Shown here in pieces: positions 15,938 to 27,300 of a stretch of 32,984 nucleotides of DNA (its first letter is position 1; the number at the start of each line of letters is the position of its first letter). The DNA lies in the IMG/VR virus record IMGVR_UViG_3300032218_002297, positions 1-32,984 of that record; one strand, 5' to 3'. The DNA is from a virus (lineage: Duplodnaviria; Caudoviricetes). A program made the translations under genes and the position numbers. The notes below the pieces were generated by a model. It had not been told where the DNA came from and ran no database searches. It saw nothing but the letters and a program-made list of their open reading frames with translations.

Positions 15938-18030
15938 TGTCAGCAAACACCAACCTACAAATTGCTAATCTAGACTTTGATGCCATCAAACAAAGTTTTA
16001 AAAACTATTTGCGTAAACAAGATGTCCTAAAAGACTATGATTATGATGGTTCAGCACTGTCTACTTTGCTAGATGTTATGGCATATAACACACAATATAA
16101 TGCATTCTACTTGAATATGGTGGCAAATGAGATATTTTTAGACTCAGCAGTTCAAAGAGCATCAGTTGTATCGCAAGCAAAACTATTAAATTATGTGCCA
16201 AAATCTGCTGTTGCACCAACAGCATACATCAATGTTGTGGTTCATGGTGTTACTGATGCTTCATTGACTCTACCTCAGTATACTAAATTTATTACAAAAG
16301 CGATTGATAATGTCAACTATACGTTTGTCACTAATGAACAAACAACGGTTAATGTAGTGGATAACACAGCAACATTCTCAAATGTAGAAATCAAACAAGC
16401 TGTTGTTGGTAGCTTTTCATACACAGCAGATACATTAGGAAATCCAAGTTCTACTTTTGATATTCCAGACCCAAACGTTGATTTGTCAACATTGACTGTA
16501 CATGTGTACGAATCATCTTCAAATACTTCGTATCAAGTATACAATCGTGCAGATAATTTTCTGTCACTAAGAGGTAATGATGCAGTATATTTTGTACAAG
16601 AAGGAAACTATGGCAACTATCAAATATATTTTGGTGATGGCGTACTAGGTAAAAAATTAAACACTGGAAATTACATTAGAATATCTTATCTGTCAACAAA
16701 AGGTAGTATGGCAGCTGGTGCAAATAGTTTCCAATTAATGGATACAATTGGTGGTTTTGGCACAACAACTATTACTCCTATATTGGCAGCAACAAAAGGA
16801 AACGATAGAGAATCAATCGATTCTATCAAATTTCAAGCACCAAAAGCATACTCAGCACAAAAACGTGCCGTTAGCAAAAACGATTATATTACAGCAATTC
16901 AACAAAACAATATTGGTATTTCTTTTGATGCAGTTAATGTATGGGGTGGTGAAGAAAACGACCCGCCAGTTTATGGTCAAGTATTTGTTTGCATGAAACC
17001 TAGTGGTGCATATGATTTGACTACAACACAAAAACAAAAAATTATTGGAGAAATTATTCAACCCGTAAGTATTCTTACTGTTTCTCCTACAATTATTGAC
17101 CCAGATTATACTTATTTGAAGATATCGACTAATGTGTATTTTGACCCAACAAAAACAACAAAAACAGCAGCACAAATTCAAACAGGAATAAAAGACGCAA
17201 TTAGAGCATTTGGTGCAAATACATTAAATACATTCAACTCAACATTTAATGCTTACGAAATGTTAAGTGTTATTCAAAACTATGACCAATCGGTTATCTC
17301 TAGTGAATTTAGTGTACAACTACAGAAAAAATTCTTACCTAATTTTTCATCAGCAACTTCGTATAAATTGTTGTTTAATGTTCCGCTAGAAAGAGGTTTG
17401 CTAGTAAGTGGAGTTAGCAGTACGCCCGCACTACAATATAAAAATCCAACAAATGCAGGAGATACTATTAATGGTGTTTTTATTCAAGAAGTGCCAGTTT
17501 CTACAAGTAGTGTAAATTCTATTTCTGTATTGAATCCTGGTTTTGGATATCAAAAAGCACCAACAATTACTATACTAGGTGATGGTAGTGGAGCAAAAGC
17601 ATATGCTATTATGAAACAACAAAGTATCTCAAGTATTGTTGTGACTGATTCTGGCACGGGTTATACAAGTGCATTGGTAAAAATTACTCCGGCTGACGGT
17701 GATACAACAGGACAATTAGCATCGGCAGTGGTTAATCTGCAAGGAAATTTAGGTACGTTAGAGACATATTATGAATCATACGACCCAGCATTAAATGGTA
17801 ATATTAAAACAGTATTGAATACAAATATTGGAACGATTGATTATGCTAAAGGTATTATTACATTAAATTCATTTAATCCAATTGGCATAGATACACCAAT
17901 AGGAAATTTAACAATTGCTGCTAATCCGTCAACAACAATTATATCATCGTCATATAATAGAATTATTACTATTGACCCATATGACGCCAATGCAATAACA
18001 GTCAATATAGTGGCAAAAACAAATAAATGA
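15937..18030 (+). CDS. gp6: Baseplate wedge protein gp6
   Basis: LDFDAIK, DYDYDGS.LS.LLD..AYNT, FLDSA..R.SV, FGDGVLG, Q.RAV..NDY and WGGEEN.PP.YG. Confidence 0.95.
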   Translation: MSANTNLQIANLDFDAIKQSFKNYLRKQDVLKDYDYDGSALSTLLDVMAYNTQYNAFYLNMVANEIFLDSAVQRASVVSQAKLLNYVPKSAVAPTAYINVVVHGVTDASLTLPQYTKFITKAIDNVNYTFVTNEQTTVNVVDNTATFSNVEIKQAVVGSFSYTADTLGNPSSTFDIPDPNVDLSTLTVHVYESSSNTSYQVYNRADNFLSLRGNDAVYFVQEGNYGNYQIYFGDGVLGKKLNTGNYIRISYLSTKGSMAAGANSFQLMDTIGGFGTTTITPILAATKGNDRESIDSIKFQAPKAYSAQKRAVSKNDYITAIQQNNIGISFDAVNVWGGEENDPPVYGQVFVCMKPSGAYDLTTTQKQKIIGEIIQPVSILTVSPTIIDPDYTYLKISTNVYFDPTKTTKTAAQIQTGIKDAIRAFGANTLNTFNSTFNAYEMLSVIQNYDQSVISSEFSVQLQKKFLPNFSSATSYKLLFNVPLERGLLVSGVSSTPALQYKNPTNAGDTINGVFIQEVPVSTSSVNSISVLNPGFGYQKAPTITILGDGSGAKAYAIMKQQSISSIVVTDSGTGYTSALVKITPADGDTTGQLASAVVNLQGNLGTLETYYESYDPALNGNIKTVLNTNIGTIDYAKGIITLNSFNPIGIDTPIGNLTIAANPSTTIISSSYNRIITIDPYDANAITVNIVAKTNK

Positions 18031-21000
18031 TAGATAAAAATAATAAAACTTCGTTATTAGTACCTTATCAATTTCCTGAATTTATTCGGGATGACCCAGC
18101 GTATTCTAAATTCCTGCTGTTTGTTGAAGCGTACTATCAGTGGATGGAAGAAAATAAGAATGTTCTTGATAGGTCAAAAAGTTTATTGACGTATAGAAAC
18201 ATCGATGAAACTTCGGAAGAATTTCTACAATATTTTTATAATGAATTGCTTCCATATTTTCCAGACGCTGTTGTTGCTGATAAAGTAAAAGCAACAAAGA
18301 TAGCAAGTGAATTATATAAAGCAAAAGGCACTGAAGCATCGTATAAATTTTTATTCAGAATTTTGTATGATTCTGATGTGGAGTTTTTCTTTACAAAAGA
18401 AGCCGTTCTAAAAGCATCTGGTGGTAATTGGTATGTGCCTAGAAGTTTAAAATTATCTACTGAAGTTTTTGGTATTAAAACTGCTACGTATGATGGTAAT
18501 ACAGTTACTATTGAAACCTATATTCCAAATAATGTAACTCCTGGTGATTCGATTGTTATAACTGGTCTCGGTGCTGATACGTTTCCACCAAATGGAAACT
18601 GGGTTGCGAACACATATATTTCAGAAACATCATTTACGTATACTATCAACATACAACCTACAGGAACATTAACAACAGATGGAGCAGAACTTTATCTATC
18701 TAAAGGTGGTGTAGATAAAAACTTTTTACATACAGATAGATTAAGACTACTAGGCGAAACATCAAAATCATTAGCAACTATTGATAGTTCTATTATTACA
18801 GGTACAAAGGTTGAAGTTTTTATCTCTAACATCGAACGTTTGTTTAATTCTGGCGAATACGTAAGAGTAGTAGACAATAGTAACCAAGATGTTTTATTTG
18901 ATGGACAACCATTACGTGCAAAAATTGTAGGTCAGATTGGTCAAATTAATATTGACCCAAAGAATAGAGGTTCTTATTACGCAAAAGGTGACCCAGTAAT
19001 TGTTTATGGTGGATTAAATTCACCAATTGGTAAAGGAGCATTAGCGGAAATAGGTACAGTAACATCGGGTTCAATTACAAAAATTGATGTTCTTAATCGA
19101 GGATATGGTTATAGAAATTATCCAAATTCAAGTATTGTTATTACAGACGGTGGTGGTGCGTTTGCAGAGGTAGGTACTGTCGATGCAGTAAATTCAAGTC
19201 TATGGTCAAATCTAACTAATATAGTAACCGACTCAATATATCTAAAAGCAGAATTCCGAGATATACAACTTGGTAACTCAACCAATCCAGTTTTATATGG
19301 TTTTTTTGCAAACTCAAATGCAACTATAGATTGTACATTGGCAAATGCATTTAGTTTTGCAGCATTTACTGTTTATCCTGTTTCAACCGTTGTTGTTTTA
19401 AATGGCGGTGGAGGTACATACGGTAAACCAAAAGTTTCTATTAATTCGTTATATGAGACAGACTATCAAGTTTCATCGACCGATGCAGATTATTATGGTA
19501 ATTTAAGTTATCTTGGTATACTAGGTCCTTTGAGTATTCAAAACGGAGGTACAGGTTATCGAGCAAATGATAGAATTGATTTTGTTGGTGGTACAGGATA
19601 CGGAGCATTTGCCAATGTAACTAGTGTAAGTGGCACAGGAGCAATACTTTCTGTCGAATATGTTCACGATTCAGGAGTTCCTATTCCTAGTTATCCTTTA
19701 GGTGGTATGGGATACACCAATGCTTCTTTACCAACGTTACGTGTTGTTTCGGCAAATACTCAAGCATCTAATGCAGTAATAACAGTATTATCAATCCTAG
19801 GAGTTGGTGCTAAACTTGAACCAAGCACTGACCGCATTGGTGGTATAACAACAATTAACGTATTGAATTATGGTGAGGATTATATTGCTGCACCAAATGT
19901 TTCTCTTTCTGTTCAAGATTTGGTAGTAAGTAACGTTACGATTGCTACTGCACCAAAGCAAGGAGATATTGTATATCAGCAAGATGCAAATTCAGTTACT
20001 AAATATTTGTCTACTGTATATTCAACATCACTGCTTTATCCAACAGACCCAAATCTTTCAGATGCAAACTCAACATATAAACTACGAGTTTATGACTTTG
20101 CAGGATTGCCTAATATAAGTTTGCCTATATTAGTAAAAACGAGAGATGATATTGCAATGAATATGATTTCTAATTATCCATTGACTACTGACCAAAGGTA
20201 TGATTCTGCAAATGGATATATTTCATATGGTGATGGAACAGCAAAAGCTACAGCATCATTCTTAAATGGATTAGTTATTGGTCAAGGACAATACGTAGAT
20301 ACAAAAGGACAGTTAAGTTCATTTGACGTTATTCAAAACGAAGATTATAACAATTTCACATATAGAATTACTGTAGAAAAAGAAATTGAAAAGTATAGAA
20401 AAACATTGTTGAACCTTGTACATCCAACAGGAACGAAAATTCTTGGTAGGTATGCGATGAAAGCCAATGCAGACTTTAGGCATGATTCGTTGAGTGCTTT
20501 TTATAATGGGTACTATCTAAACACTAATCTTCCAGAAGAATCACAAATCAAAACAACTATAAAACTTTCGAGTGACCCGTCAGTTCCTAGTAATAATATT
20601 ATTAAATTTACGTTTACTGGCAGTGGCTCCGAAACTGTAAACATTTCGAATGTTATTTTTGCTAATGTAACTACAATTAGAATGTATACGGCAAATGGAG
20701 ATGTTATTTCTGGAGAAGTTATTGATACCAATCGAGCCGCCAATACAATTACTCTAAAAGATAATGTTTGGACTACTTTTGCAAATGTTGCATATGCAAA
20801 AGGAAAAGCTGGCTCTAATTTAATAAATATACTATCATTAACAGGTTCTTATAATGTAGTCAACGGTGGTGTGTACAGCAATACACAATACCCATTAAGA
20901 GATATTGTTCGTGGTAATACAGACACAATTATTATTGCCAATAATTCTCCAATTGCTGTCAATTATGTTGATTATGCAAATAATACTATCGTTCTAAAAA

Positions 21001-21173
21001 CTAATTTAACAAGTAATGCGAATTCACTAATGTCAGTTAATAGAAGTTATACAAGTAATGTGAACATGTTCATTCATTTTGGACCAATTGGTGAAGTATA
21101 CATCTTTGAAGTTATTACAGAACAAAGTTCAGCAATTATAACGTCAGAAGCTAAAAACTCAATTATCATATAG
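18027..21173 (+). CDS. Baseplate wedge initiator, gp7-like
   Basis: QFPEFI, F..FVEAYY.W, LYKAKGT..SYKFLFR and C-terminal YNNFTY..LVHPTG; follows gp6. Confidence 0.8.
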   Translation: MIDKNNKTSLLVPYQFPEFIRDDPAYSKFLLFVEAYYQWMEENKNVLDRSKSLLTYRNIDETSEEFLQYFYNELLPYFPDAVVADKVKATKIASELYKAKGTEASYKFLFRILYDSDVEFFFTKEAVLKASGGNWYVPRSLKLSTEVFGIKTATYDGNTVTIETYIPNNVTPGDSIVITGLGADTFPPNGNWVANTYISETSFTYTINIQPTGTLTTDGAELYLSKGGVDKNFLHTDRLRLLGETSKSLATIDSSIITGTKVEVFISNIERLFNSGEYVRVVDNSNQDVLFDGQPLRAKIVGQIGQINIDPKNRGSYYAKGDPVIVYGGLNSPIGKGALAEIGTVTSGSITKIDVLNRGYGYRNYPNSSIVITDGGGAFAEVGTVDAVNSSLWSNLTNIVTDSIYLKAEFRDIQLGNSTNPVLYGFFANSNATIDCTLANAFSFAAFTVYPVSTVVVLNGGGGTYGKPKVSINSLYETDYQVSSTDADYYGNLSYLGILGPLSIQNGGTGYRANDRIDFVGGTGYGAFANVTSVSGTGAILSVEYVHDSGVPIPSYPLGGMGYTNASLPTLRVVSANTQASNAVITVLSILGVGAKLEPSTDRIGGITTINVLNYGEDYIAAPNVSLSVQDLVVSNVTIATAPKQGDIVYQQDANSVTKYLSTVYSTSLLYPTDPNLSDANSTYKLRVYDFAGLPNISLPILVKTRDDIAMNMISNYPLTTDQRYDSANGYISYGDGTAKATASFLNGLVIGQGQYVDTKGQLSSFDVIQNEDYNNFTYRITVEKEIEKYRKTLLNLVHPTGTKILGRYAMKANADFRHDSLSAFYNGYYLNTNLPEESQIKTTIKLSSDPSVPSNNIIKFTFTGSGSETVNISNVIFANVTTIRMYTANGDVISGEVIDTNRAANTITLKDNVWTTFANVAYAKGKAGSNLINILSLTGSYNVVNGGVYSNTQYPLRDIVRGNTDTIIIANNSPIAVNYVDYANNTIVLKTNLTSNANSLMSVNRSYTSNVNMFIHFGPIGEVYIFEVITEQSSAIITSEAKNSIII

Positions 21174-21181
21174 GCTAACGT

Positions 21182-22978
21182 ATGTCAACAATAAGAATTT
21201 CACAATTACCGTCAATTGACAAGATTGATGCAAATACTTCCAATACGGCATTTGCTGTGGTAGATTTGGCTAATAATATTACAGGTAGACTTACAGTACA
21301 TACTCTAGCACAAGGATTATTTTCTAATGAAAAATTAGATGTTGGTTCTAATCCTATTGTGTATGACCACACACAAGGACAATTTTCAGGAAGCGACTCA
21401 GCGTATTTACAAGTAAATATGCAGAATTTTGATGGTGGAGGTTCTTCTGATTTTGTAGCATCAGCAGATGATAGTGATGATACCAGTAGATATATTGATA
21501 TGGGTATCAATGGTTCTAATTTCGCTCAAGCGGAATTCTCGTCAATGCAACCATATGATGGATATCTATACACCTATGGTTATGAAGGTGGAGGAAATCC
21601 TGCTTCTGGTAATTTAGTAATAGGTACAGCAACATCAAACGCAAATATTCTTTTTATTGCTGGCGGAACAACATCATCTAATATTGTTGGTAGAATTAGT
21701 AAAAATGTTTTTGACTTCTTTAAAAGCGTAAGAGTTACAGGAAACACATATTCAAGTGGTTTATATTTCTTTTCTGATGCCACAAGCCAAAGCACAGCAG
21801 GCGCACCATATGCATATTCAAACAGTGCTTATGCTATAGCAAACACCAATGCAACTAATATTACTATTGCCGGTTCTTATGCCAACAGTGCATTTAGTAA
21901 ATCAAACACCAATGCCACAGATATTACTATAACCGCATCTTATGCCAATAGTGCATATACCAAAGCAAATACTGATGCTGTCAATAATACTATAACTGCT
22001 TCATACGCAAACTCAGCGTATACTAAATCAAATACAAATGCAACAGATATTACCATTGTTGCCTCATATGCTAATACTGCATTGTTGAAGGCAAATGTAG
22101 CACTTGTAAATGACCAAGGAACAGGAGTGGTAGCGAATGCTGCATTTGCAAAAGCAAACGTAGTTAGTTCAAATGCTACTATTGCTAGTTCATATGCTAA
22201 CAGTGCTTATGCCAAATCGAATACAAATGCTACTGATATTTCCATAACGGCTTCGTATGCAAATTCTGCTTATAATAAAGCAAATACAGTAACCGTAAGT
22301 GCATCGGCAGTAGGACAAGCTGCATATAATCAATCAAATACTAATGCCACTAACATAACAATTGTAAGTTCATATGCCAATAGTGCTTATATTGCCGCTA
22401 ATCTAGCACAATCATATTCAAACAGTGCCTTTGCTAAAACAAATAGTGCTTTTACTAAAGCAAATACTAATGCAACAGATACGACAATTGTTGCTTCTTA
22501 TGCCAATAGTGCTTATATTAAAGCAAATGCAGCAGTAGCAAATACATCATCAATCACCGTTGCCGGTTCACTAACTATACCGGGAAACTTAACTTCAGCA
22601 AATGGTATGTTTTCTAATATCAATAATTTTGGACAACCAACACCAATAAATGGGCAATTAGCACAAATAACATTACCATTTATTGCAGAAGAAATGAGTA
22701 TTGTTTATATGCCAGTACGAAACGGTACTCTACTTCATCAAAGAGGAACATTGAATGTAATATTAACCAATTTTATGCCAGGTAGAAAAATAGTATTAAC
22801 AGTAGTAAATGACGAAGTTTATCCAAAAACACTGTTTCTTGGTACATTAGCAAGGAACAATAACACGTTATCAACCTCCGTAACTGTCGGTCCCCAGACA
22901 ATGTGCATAGTAACATATTATTGTTATGGCTATACTCAAGGCTATGTATATGCTAGTGTAGTTACGGCCGCAGTATAA
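21182..22978 (+). CDS. Fibre-like structural protein with ~21-aa coiled-coil repeats
   Basis: N-terminal IRISQLP motif common in fibre proteins; repeated ASYANSAY.K.NTNATDITI units. Confidence 0.65.
   Translation: MSTIRISQLPSIDKIDANTSNTAFAVVDLANNITGRLTVHTLAQGLFSNEKLDVGSNPIVYDHTQGQFSGSDSAYLQVNMQNFDGGGSSDFVASADDSDDTSRYIDMGINGSNFAQAEFSSMQPYDGYLYTYGYEGGGNPASGNLVIGTATSNANILFIAGGTTSSNIVGRISKNVFDFFKSVRVTGNTYSSGLYFFSDATSQSTAGAPYAYSNSAYAIANTNATNITIAGSYANSAFSKSNTNATDITITASYANSAYTKANTDAVNNTITASYANSAYTKSNTNATDITIVASYANTALLKANVALVNDQGTGVVANAAFAKANVVSSNATIASSYANSAYAKSNTNATDISITASYANSAYNKANTVTVSASAVGQAAYNQSNTNATNITIVSSYANSAYIAANLAQSYSNSAFAKTNSAFTKANTNATDTTIVASYANSAYIKANAAVANTSSITVAGSLTIPGNLTSANGMFSNINNFGQPTPINGQLAQITLPFIAEEMSIVYMPVRNGTLLHQRGTLNVILTNFMPGRKIVLTVVNDEVYPKTLFLGTLARNNNTLSTSVTVGPQTMCIVTYYCYGYTQGYVYASVVTAAV
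21810..22530 (+). repeat. Degenerate intragenic repeats (~63 nt / 21 aa) encoding (A/S)SYANSAY
   Basis: At least 9 recognisable SY(A/S)N(S/T)A units; boundaries approximate. Confidence 0.85.
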
Positions 22979-22987
22979 TTAATAACA

Positions 22988-22995
22988 TATAAATA
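22988..22995 (+). promoter_or_regulatory. Late promoter TATAAATA, 4 nt before the gp8 ATG
   Basis: Perfect consensus, intergenic; no SD before the ATG. Confidence 0.75.
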
Positions 22996-22999
22996 AATT

Positions 23000-24367
23000 A
23001 TGCTAAACAAATCCCTTCTTACATATAATGCAAATGAATTTCAGGTTGAGCAGATGTATTACTCTCCTGTTTCTATGCTAAATGGTTTAAATGAATATTC
23101 TCTCTATTGTTTCATTTCACAAGTTGACCCATGGCTAGATGATAATAATCCACCTATACCTACACAAGACCAAAAATATCTAAAATCAATTGCAAAAAAT
23201 ATCTTTGCAATGAAAAAGGTTACGTCAAACAATATCTCTCCTGTTGTAGAAAGAAACGATTGGATAACAAATTTTGTCTATGATTATTATAGAGATGATG
23301 TGGATATGTTTACTTTAGACAAAAATGGGTTTTTAGTAAAGAAATTTTACGTGAAGAATCGTTATGACCAAGTATTCAAATGTTTATGGAACAATAACGG
23401 TAGCGCAACACAAAATGAACCTTCGTTGCAACCAGGTGCATATGGTACAAATGGTATATTTGTTGGTCCTGATGATGGATACAAATGGAAATATTTGTAC
23501 ACTATAGATGGTGGTAGAAAAAATCAATTCATGGATACTCGGTGGATGCCAGTTCCATTAGCAAGTCCAGCAGCAAATGCAGCTACAAGTTCTGTTGGTT
23601 TTGGTGGTATAGAAACAATTAATGTTATTACCCAAGGACAAGGATACAGTAGAGTATATTCTCCTGTGAGTGTTCTTATCGATGGTGATGGTCAAGGTGC
23701 AACAGCTAACGTTGTTCTTTCGAGTGGTCATGTAATTGATGTTACCGTAGATACAAGTGGCTCTAATTACACTTATGCAAATGTTTCTGTAGTTGCTGCC
23801 AATGGTGCTGGTGCAATATTAACTACTGCAATTAGTCCTTCTGGTGGTCATGGATTTAACCTGACAAAAGAATTAGGATGTAATAGAGTCATGGTCAGTT
23901 GCGAGTTCAATAAAGATGAAGTAGGATTGATTCCAATAGATGTCAGCTATCATCAAGTAGGATTGATGTTGAATCCATGGGAAATAGGAAAAACAGATGC
24001 TCCTGCAAACGGTACTATATACAAGACAACTACGGACTTATTTGTGGGTGTTGGTAAATCAGCATCAGTATTCATCAGTGGAGAATTAGTATACGAAGGA
24101 ACATCTTTATCTACCGCATCATTTATTGGCACAGTTCTTTCGTTTGATTCAGCAAATAATGTGCTGAAGGTTATAAATACCAAAGGAACTCCACTACCCA
24201 ATAGAGCGGTTACTGGTGACATATCAGGAATAGCAAGAACAGTTCTTCAAGTAACACAACCATCACTCATCACATATACTGGTTCAATTCTATATGCTGA
24301 AAATAAGAGTGCGGTTCAAAGAAGCACAGACGGTATTGAACAATTCAAAATTGTATTAGGATATTAA
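23000..24367 (+). CDS. gp8: Baseplate wedge protein gp8
   Basis: R.DW...YD.Y, FYV.N..QVFKCL.N, DGYKWKYLYTI, WMPV, SPSGGHG and G.ILY.EN...R...EQFKIV. Confidence 0.9.
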   Translation: MLNKSLLTYNANEFQVEQMYYSPVSMLNGLNEYSLYCFISQVDPWLDDNNPPIPTQDQKYLKSIAKNIFAMKKVTSNNISPVVERNDWITNFVYDYYRDDVDMFTLDKNGFLVKKFYVKNRYDQVFKCLWNNNGSATQNEPSLQPGAYGTNGIFVGPDDGYKWKYLYTIDGGRKNQFMDTRWMPVPLASPAANAATSSVGFGGIETINVITQGQGYSRVYSPVSVLIDGDGQGATANVVLSSGHVIDVTVDTSGSNYTYANVSVVAANGAGAILTTAISPSGGHGFNLTKELGCNRVMVSCEFNKDEVGLIPIDVSYHQVGLMLNPWEIGKTDAPANGTIYKTTTDLFVGVGKSASVFISGELVYEGTSLSTASFIGTVLSFDSANNVLKVINTKGTPLPNRAVTGDISGIARTVLQVTQPSLITYTGSILYAENKSAVQRSTDGIEQFKIVLGY

Positions 24368-24376
24368 AGGAATAAA

Positions 24377-27300
24377 ATGGCTCAGAATTTTAATGTTTCT
24401 CCGTACTACGATGACTTCGATGCATCAAAAAACTTTCATCGTATTTTGTTTAAGCCTGGATATGCCGTTCAAGCTAGAGAACTAACACAAGCTCAAACAA
24501 TACTACAGAATCAAATTTCCAACTTTGCTGATGCAATTTTTACACAAAATACACCTGTTACAGGTGGAAAATTATCAACAAACATGAGATGTTATTATTT
24601 GAAGTTAAATACTACATATAATAATAATGCTGTTGTTGCTCAAAACTTTCTAAATCAAGTAATTACTGATGATAATGGAGTTATTTTTGCTAAAGTTGTT
24701 GCTACAACAGAAGCAACTGCCGCTGACCCACCAACTTTAATTGTTTCTTATGTTTCTGGAATACATTTTTCAGACAATATGACACTTACAACGGTAGGAG
24801 CATCAACATATAAAGCTACAACAATAGGCACAACAGGACATACTACATGTACAGGAGCATCAGCAGTTGTTTCTATTTCAACTGGCGTATTCTATGTTGT
24901 TAATGGATATTCAAAATCATCTACACAAAATCCAGATGGAACATACAGCAATTTCTCAATAGGTAATTTTGTACAAGTCAATCCACAAACAACTATTCTT
25001 AGTAAATACAGCAGTACTCCTAGTGTTCGTGTAGGTCTACAAATTAATGAAACAGTTTATGATTACATTAATGATGCTTCATTATTAGACCCAGCGGTTG
25101 GTGCATCTAACTATCAAGCACCTGGTGCAGACAGATATGTTATTACTTTAGACTTGATTACATTACCATTGACTCCAGGAAACGATTCAACATTCATTGA
25201 ATTGATGAGAATTGAAAATGGTGATATTGTTAAACAAACAGATTCAACAGTATACTCTGTCATTGATGATTATTTTGCCAAACGTGACTATGAAACAAAT
25301 GGCGACTATGTTGTTAATGACTTTCCTTTAGTTACATCATCAAATTTTATTTACCCAAATTCAGATAATATTGGATTTAGTCCTGTTGCTGATGGTGACC
25401 CAGCCAAATATGATTTAAAAATAGGTAAAGGTATAGCATACGTACATGGTTACAGACTGGAAAATAAATCACAGATTAGATTAACAGGCAACAGAGCAAG
25501 AGATACTGCATCACAACGACAATCAGTTTTTGTTGATTATGGTAACTATTTTGTAGTTGATAACTTAAAAGGTTCATTCAATACTACTGCATTGACGAAT
25601 GTAGATTTTCATTGTGTTGCACCTTCAAGCATTAACACTGCCAACGCAACAACATATTCTTCCACATTAGTTGGTACTGGAAAAATCAGATATTTAGATT
25701 ATGTATCATCAACGGGTGCATGTACTGCATCATATATCTTTAATGCACATGTATGTGATGTTGGATTAAATAATATTTCTGCCACTGTACAGTCAGCAAC
25801 CAGTTCAAATGTTAGGTTTAGCGATACCAACGGACATATCTCGTCAGTAGCAAATGCATATTACGGTGCAACTGTTTCTATTCTTAGTGGTGCAGCAATA
25901 GGCGAAACCAAAAAAATTGTTTCATATAATGGCACAACAAAAACAGCAACGTTAGATTCTGTCTTTATTAATACAGTAAGTGCATCCGATAAGGTACAGA
26001 TTATTTTCTCGACCGCACATGTAGAATCTATTGTACAAAAGAATACTGGCGTATACACTATTAAAAATTCGGCAACAATTAATGCCGGTGAAGGAAAACT
26101 AAATGGTATTGCAACAGGAGATACAATTCTTCAAGACCAAGGCCATCCTGAATTAATTTTTAAACTAGGTAACCAATGGGTTGCGGATGCAAACACAGCA
26201 AACTATTATTCGACCATAATATACAGAAACAAAGGTTTTGGCGTAGGAAACAGTTTACAAGTGTCAGCACCCACTGGAGTTAATTTTCAAGGTCCTCCAG
26301 GAACTGGCATTTACGGTGAGACATTTAAACAATTATATACATTGATTGATACCAGTACAGGAAACATTTTAGATTTTACATATGCAGGTAATACAGCAAC
26401 AGTAGGAGCAAATGCAAATACTGTTACGTTTACATCGGCTGAATATTCGAGTATCACTAGCGGAATCGATGTGTATGCACAAGTTTGGGCATACAATGCA
26501 GACGATAGTTCCATAAGTAAAATTAAAACATTTGTTGTTAATTCCAATACAACAGTAGAATCCGTTTCAACATTTAGTTCAGTTACGTCAAACACAAAAA
26601 TATCACTATCTCCTTCAGATTCTAGTCCAAAAGGACAAGTGATTATTGCTGGCAGTAATATTACTAGAGACCCAATGTCTTTGTATACAACGGACGTTGT
26701 AAGTATTACTAAAGTTCTTGATACCCGTGATAAAAATATTACACCGTCAGGTAGTTTTTCTTCGTATCTTGATATTACAGGTAGTTTTATTTTAAATAAT
26801 GGACAAAAAGATAACTACTATGACCATGCAACAATTCAGTTAAAGCAAGGTGCAGCATTACCTCAAGGTCAAATTCTTGTAGTTTACAATTACTATAAGC
26901 ACTCTGGCTCTGGTGATGGATATTTTGATGTAAATTCCTATAGCAATGATGTATACTTAAAAATACCAACATATACTGCTAAAGATGGCACGACATATAA
27001 TTTAAGAGATTGTATCGACTTTAGACCTTCTCGTCAAAATGCACAAACAGATTACGTTTGGGAATATCATTCTGGTAGTCCATCACAATACGGAATATTA
27101 ATACCAAATAATTTAAGTTCTTTCCAAACAATATATTCATACTATTTGGCAAGAAAAGATAAATTGGTTTTAACAAAAGATAATAAATTTTTACTCGTTG
27201 AAGGTACATCATCATTAAATCCTGAATATCCTACCGAGCCAGCATCTTCTTTATTGTTAGCTAAATTAACTCATGACCCATACACAGGATTTGTTCCTGG

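Noticed and set aside
21160-21190. Possible TAG read-through fusing gp7 to the fibre-like gene
   Set aside because: The 8-nt gap puts the next ATG out of frame, and no slippery site is evident.
21810-22530. CRISPR array or DGR template/variable repeat
   Set aside because: The repeats are in-frame, codon-degenerate protein repeats without spacers or adenine-specific variation, and there is no reverse transcriptase or cas gene in the window.
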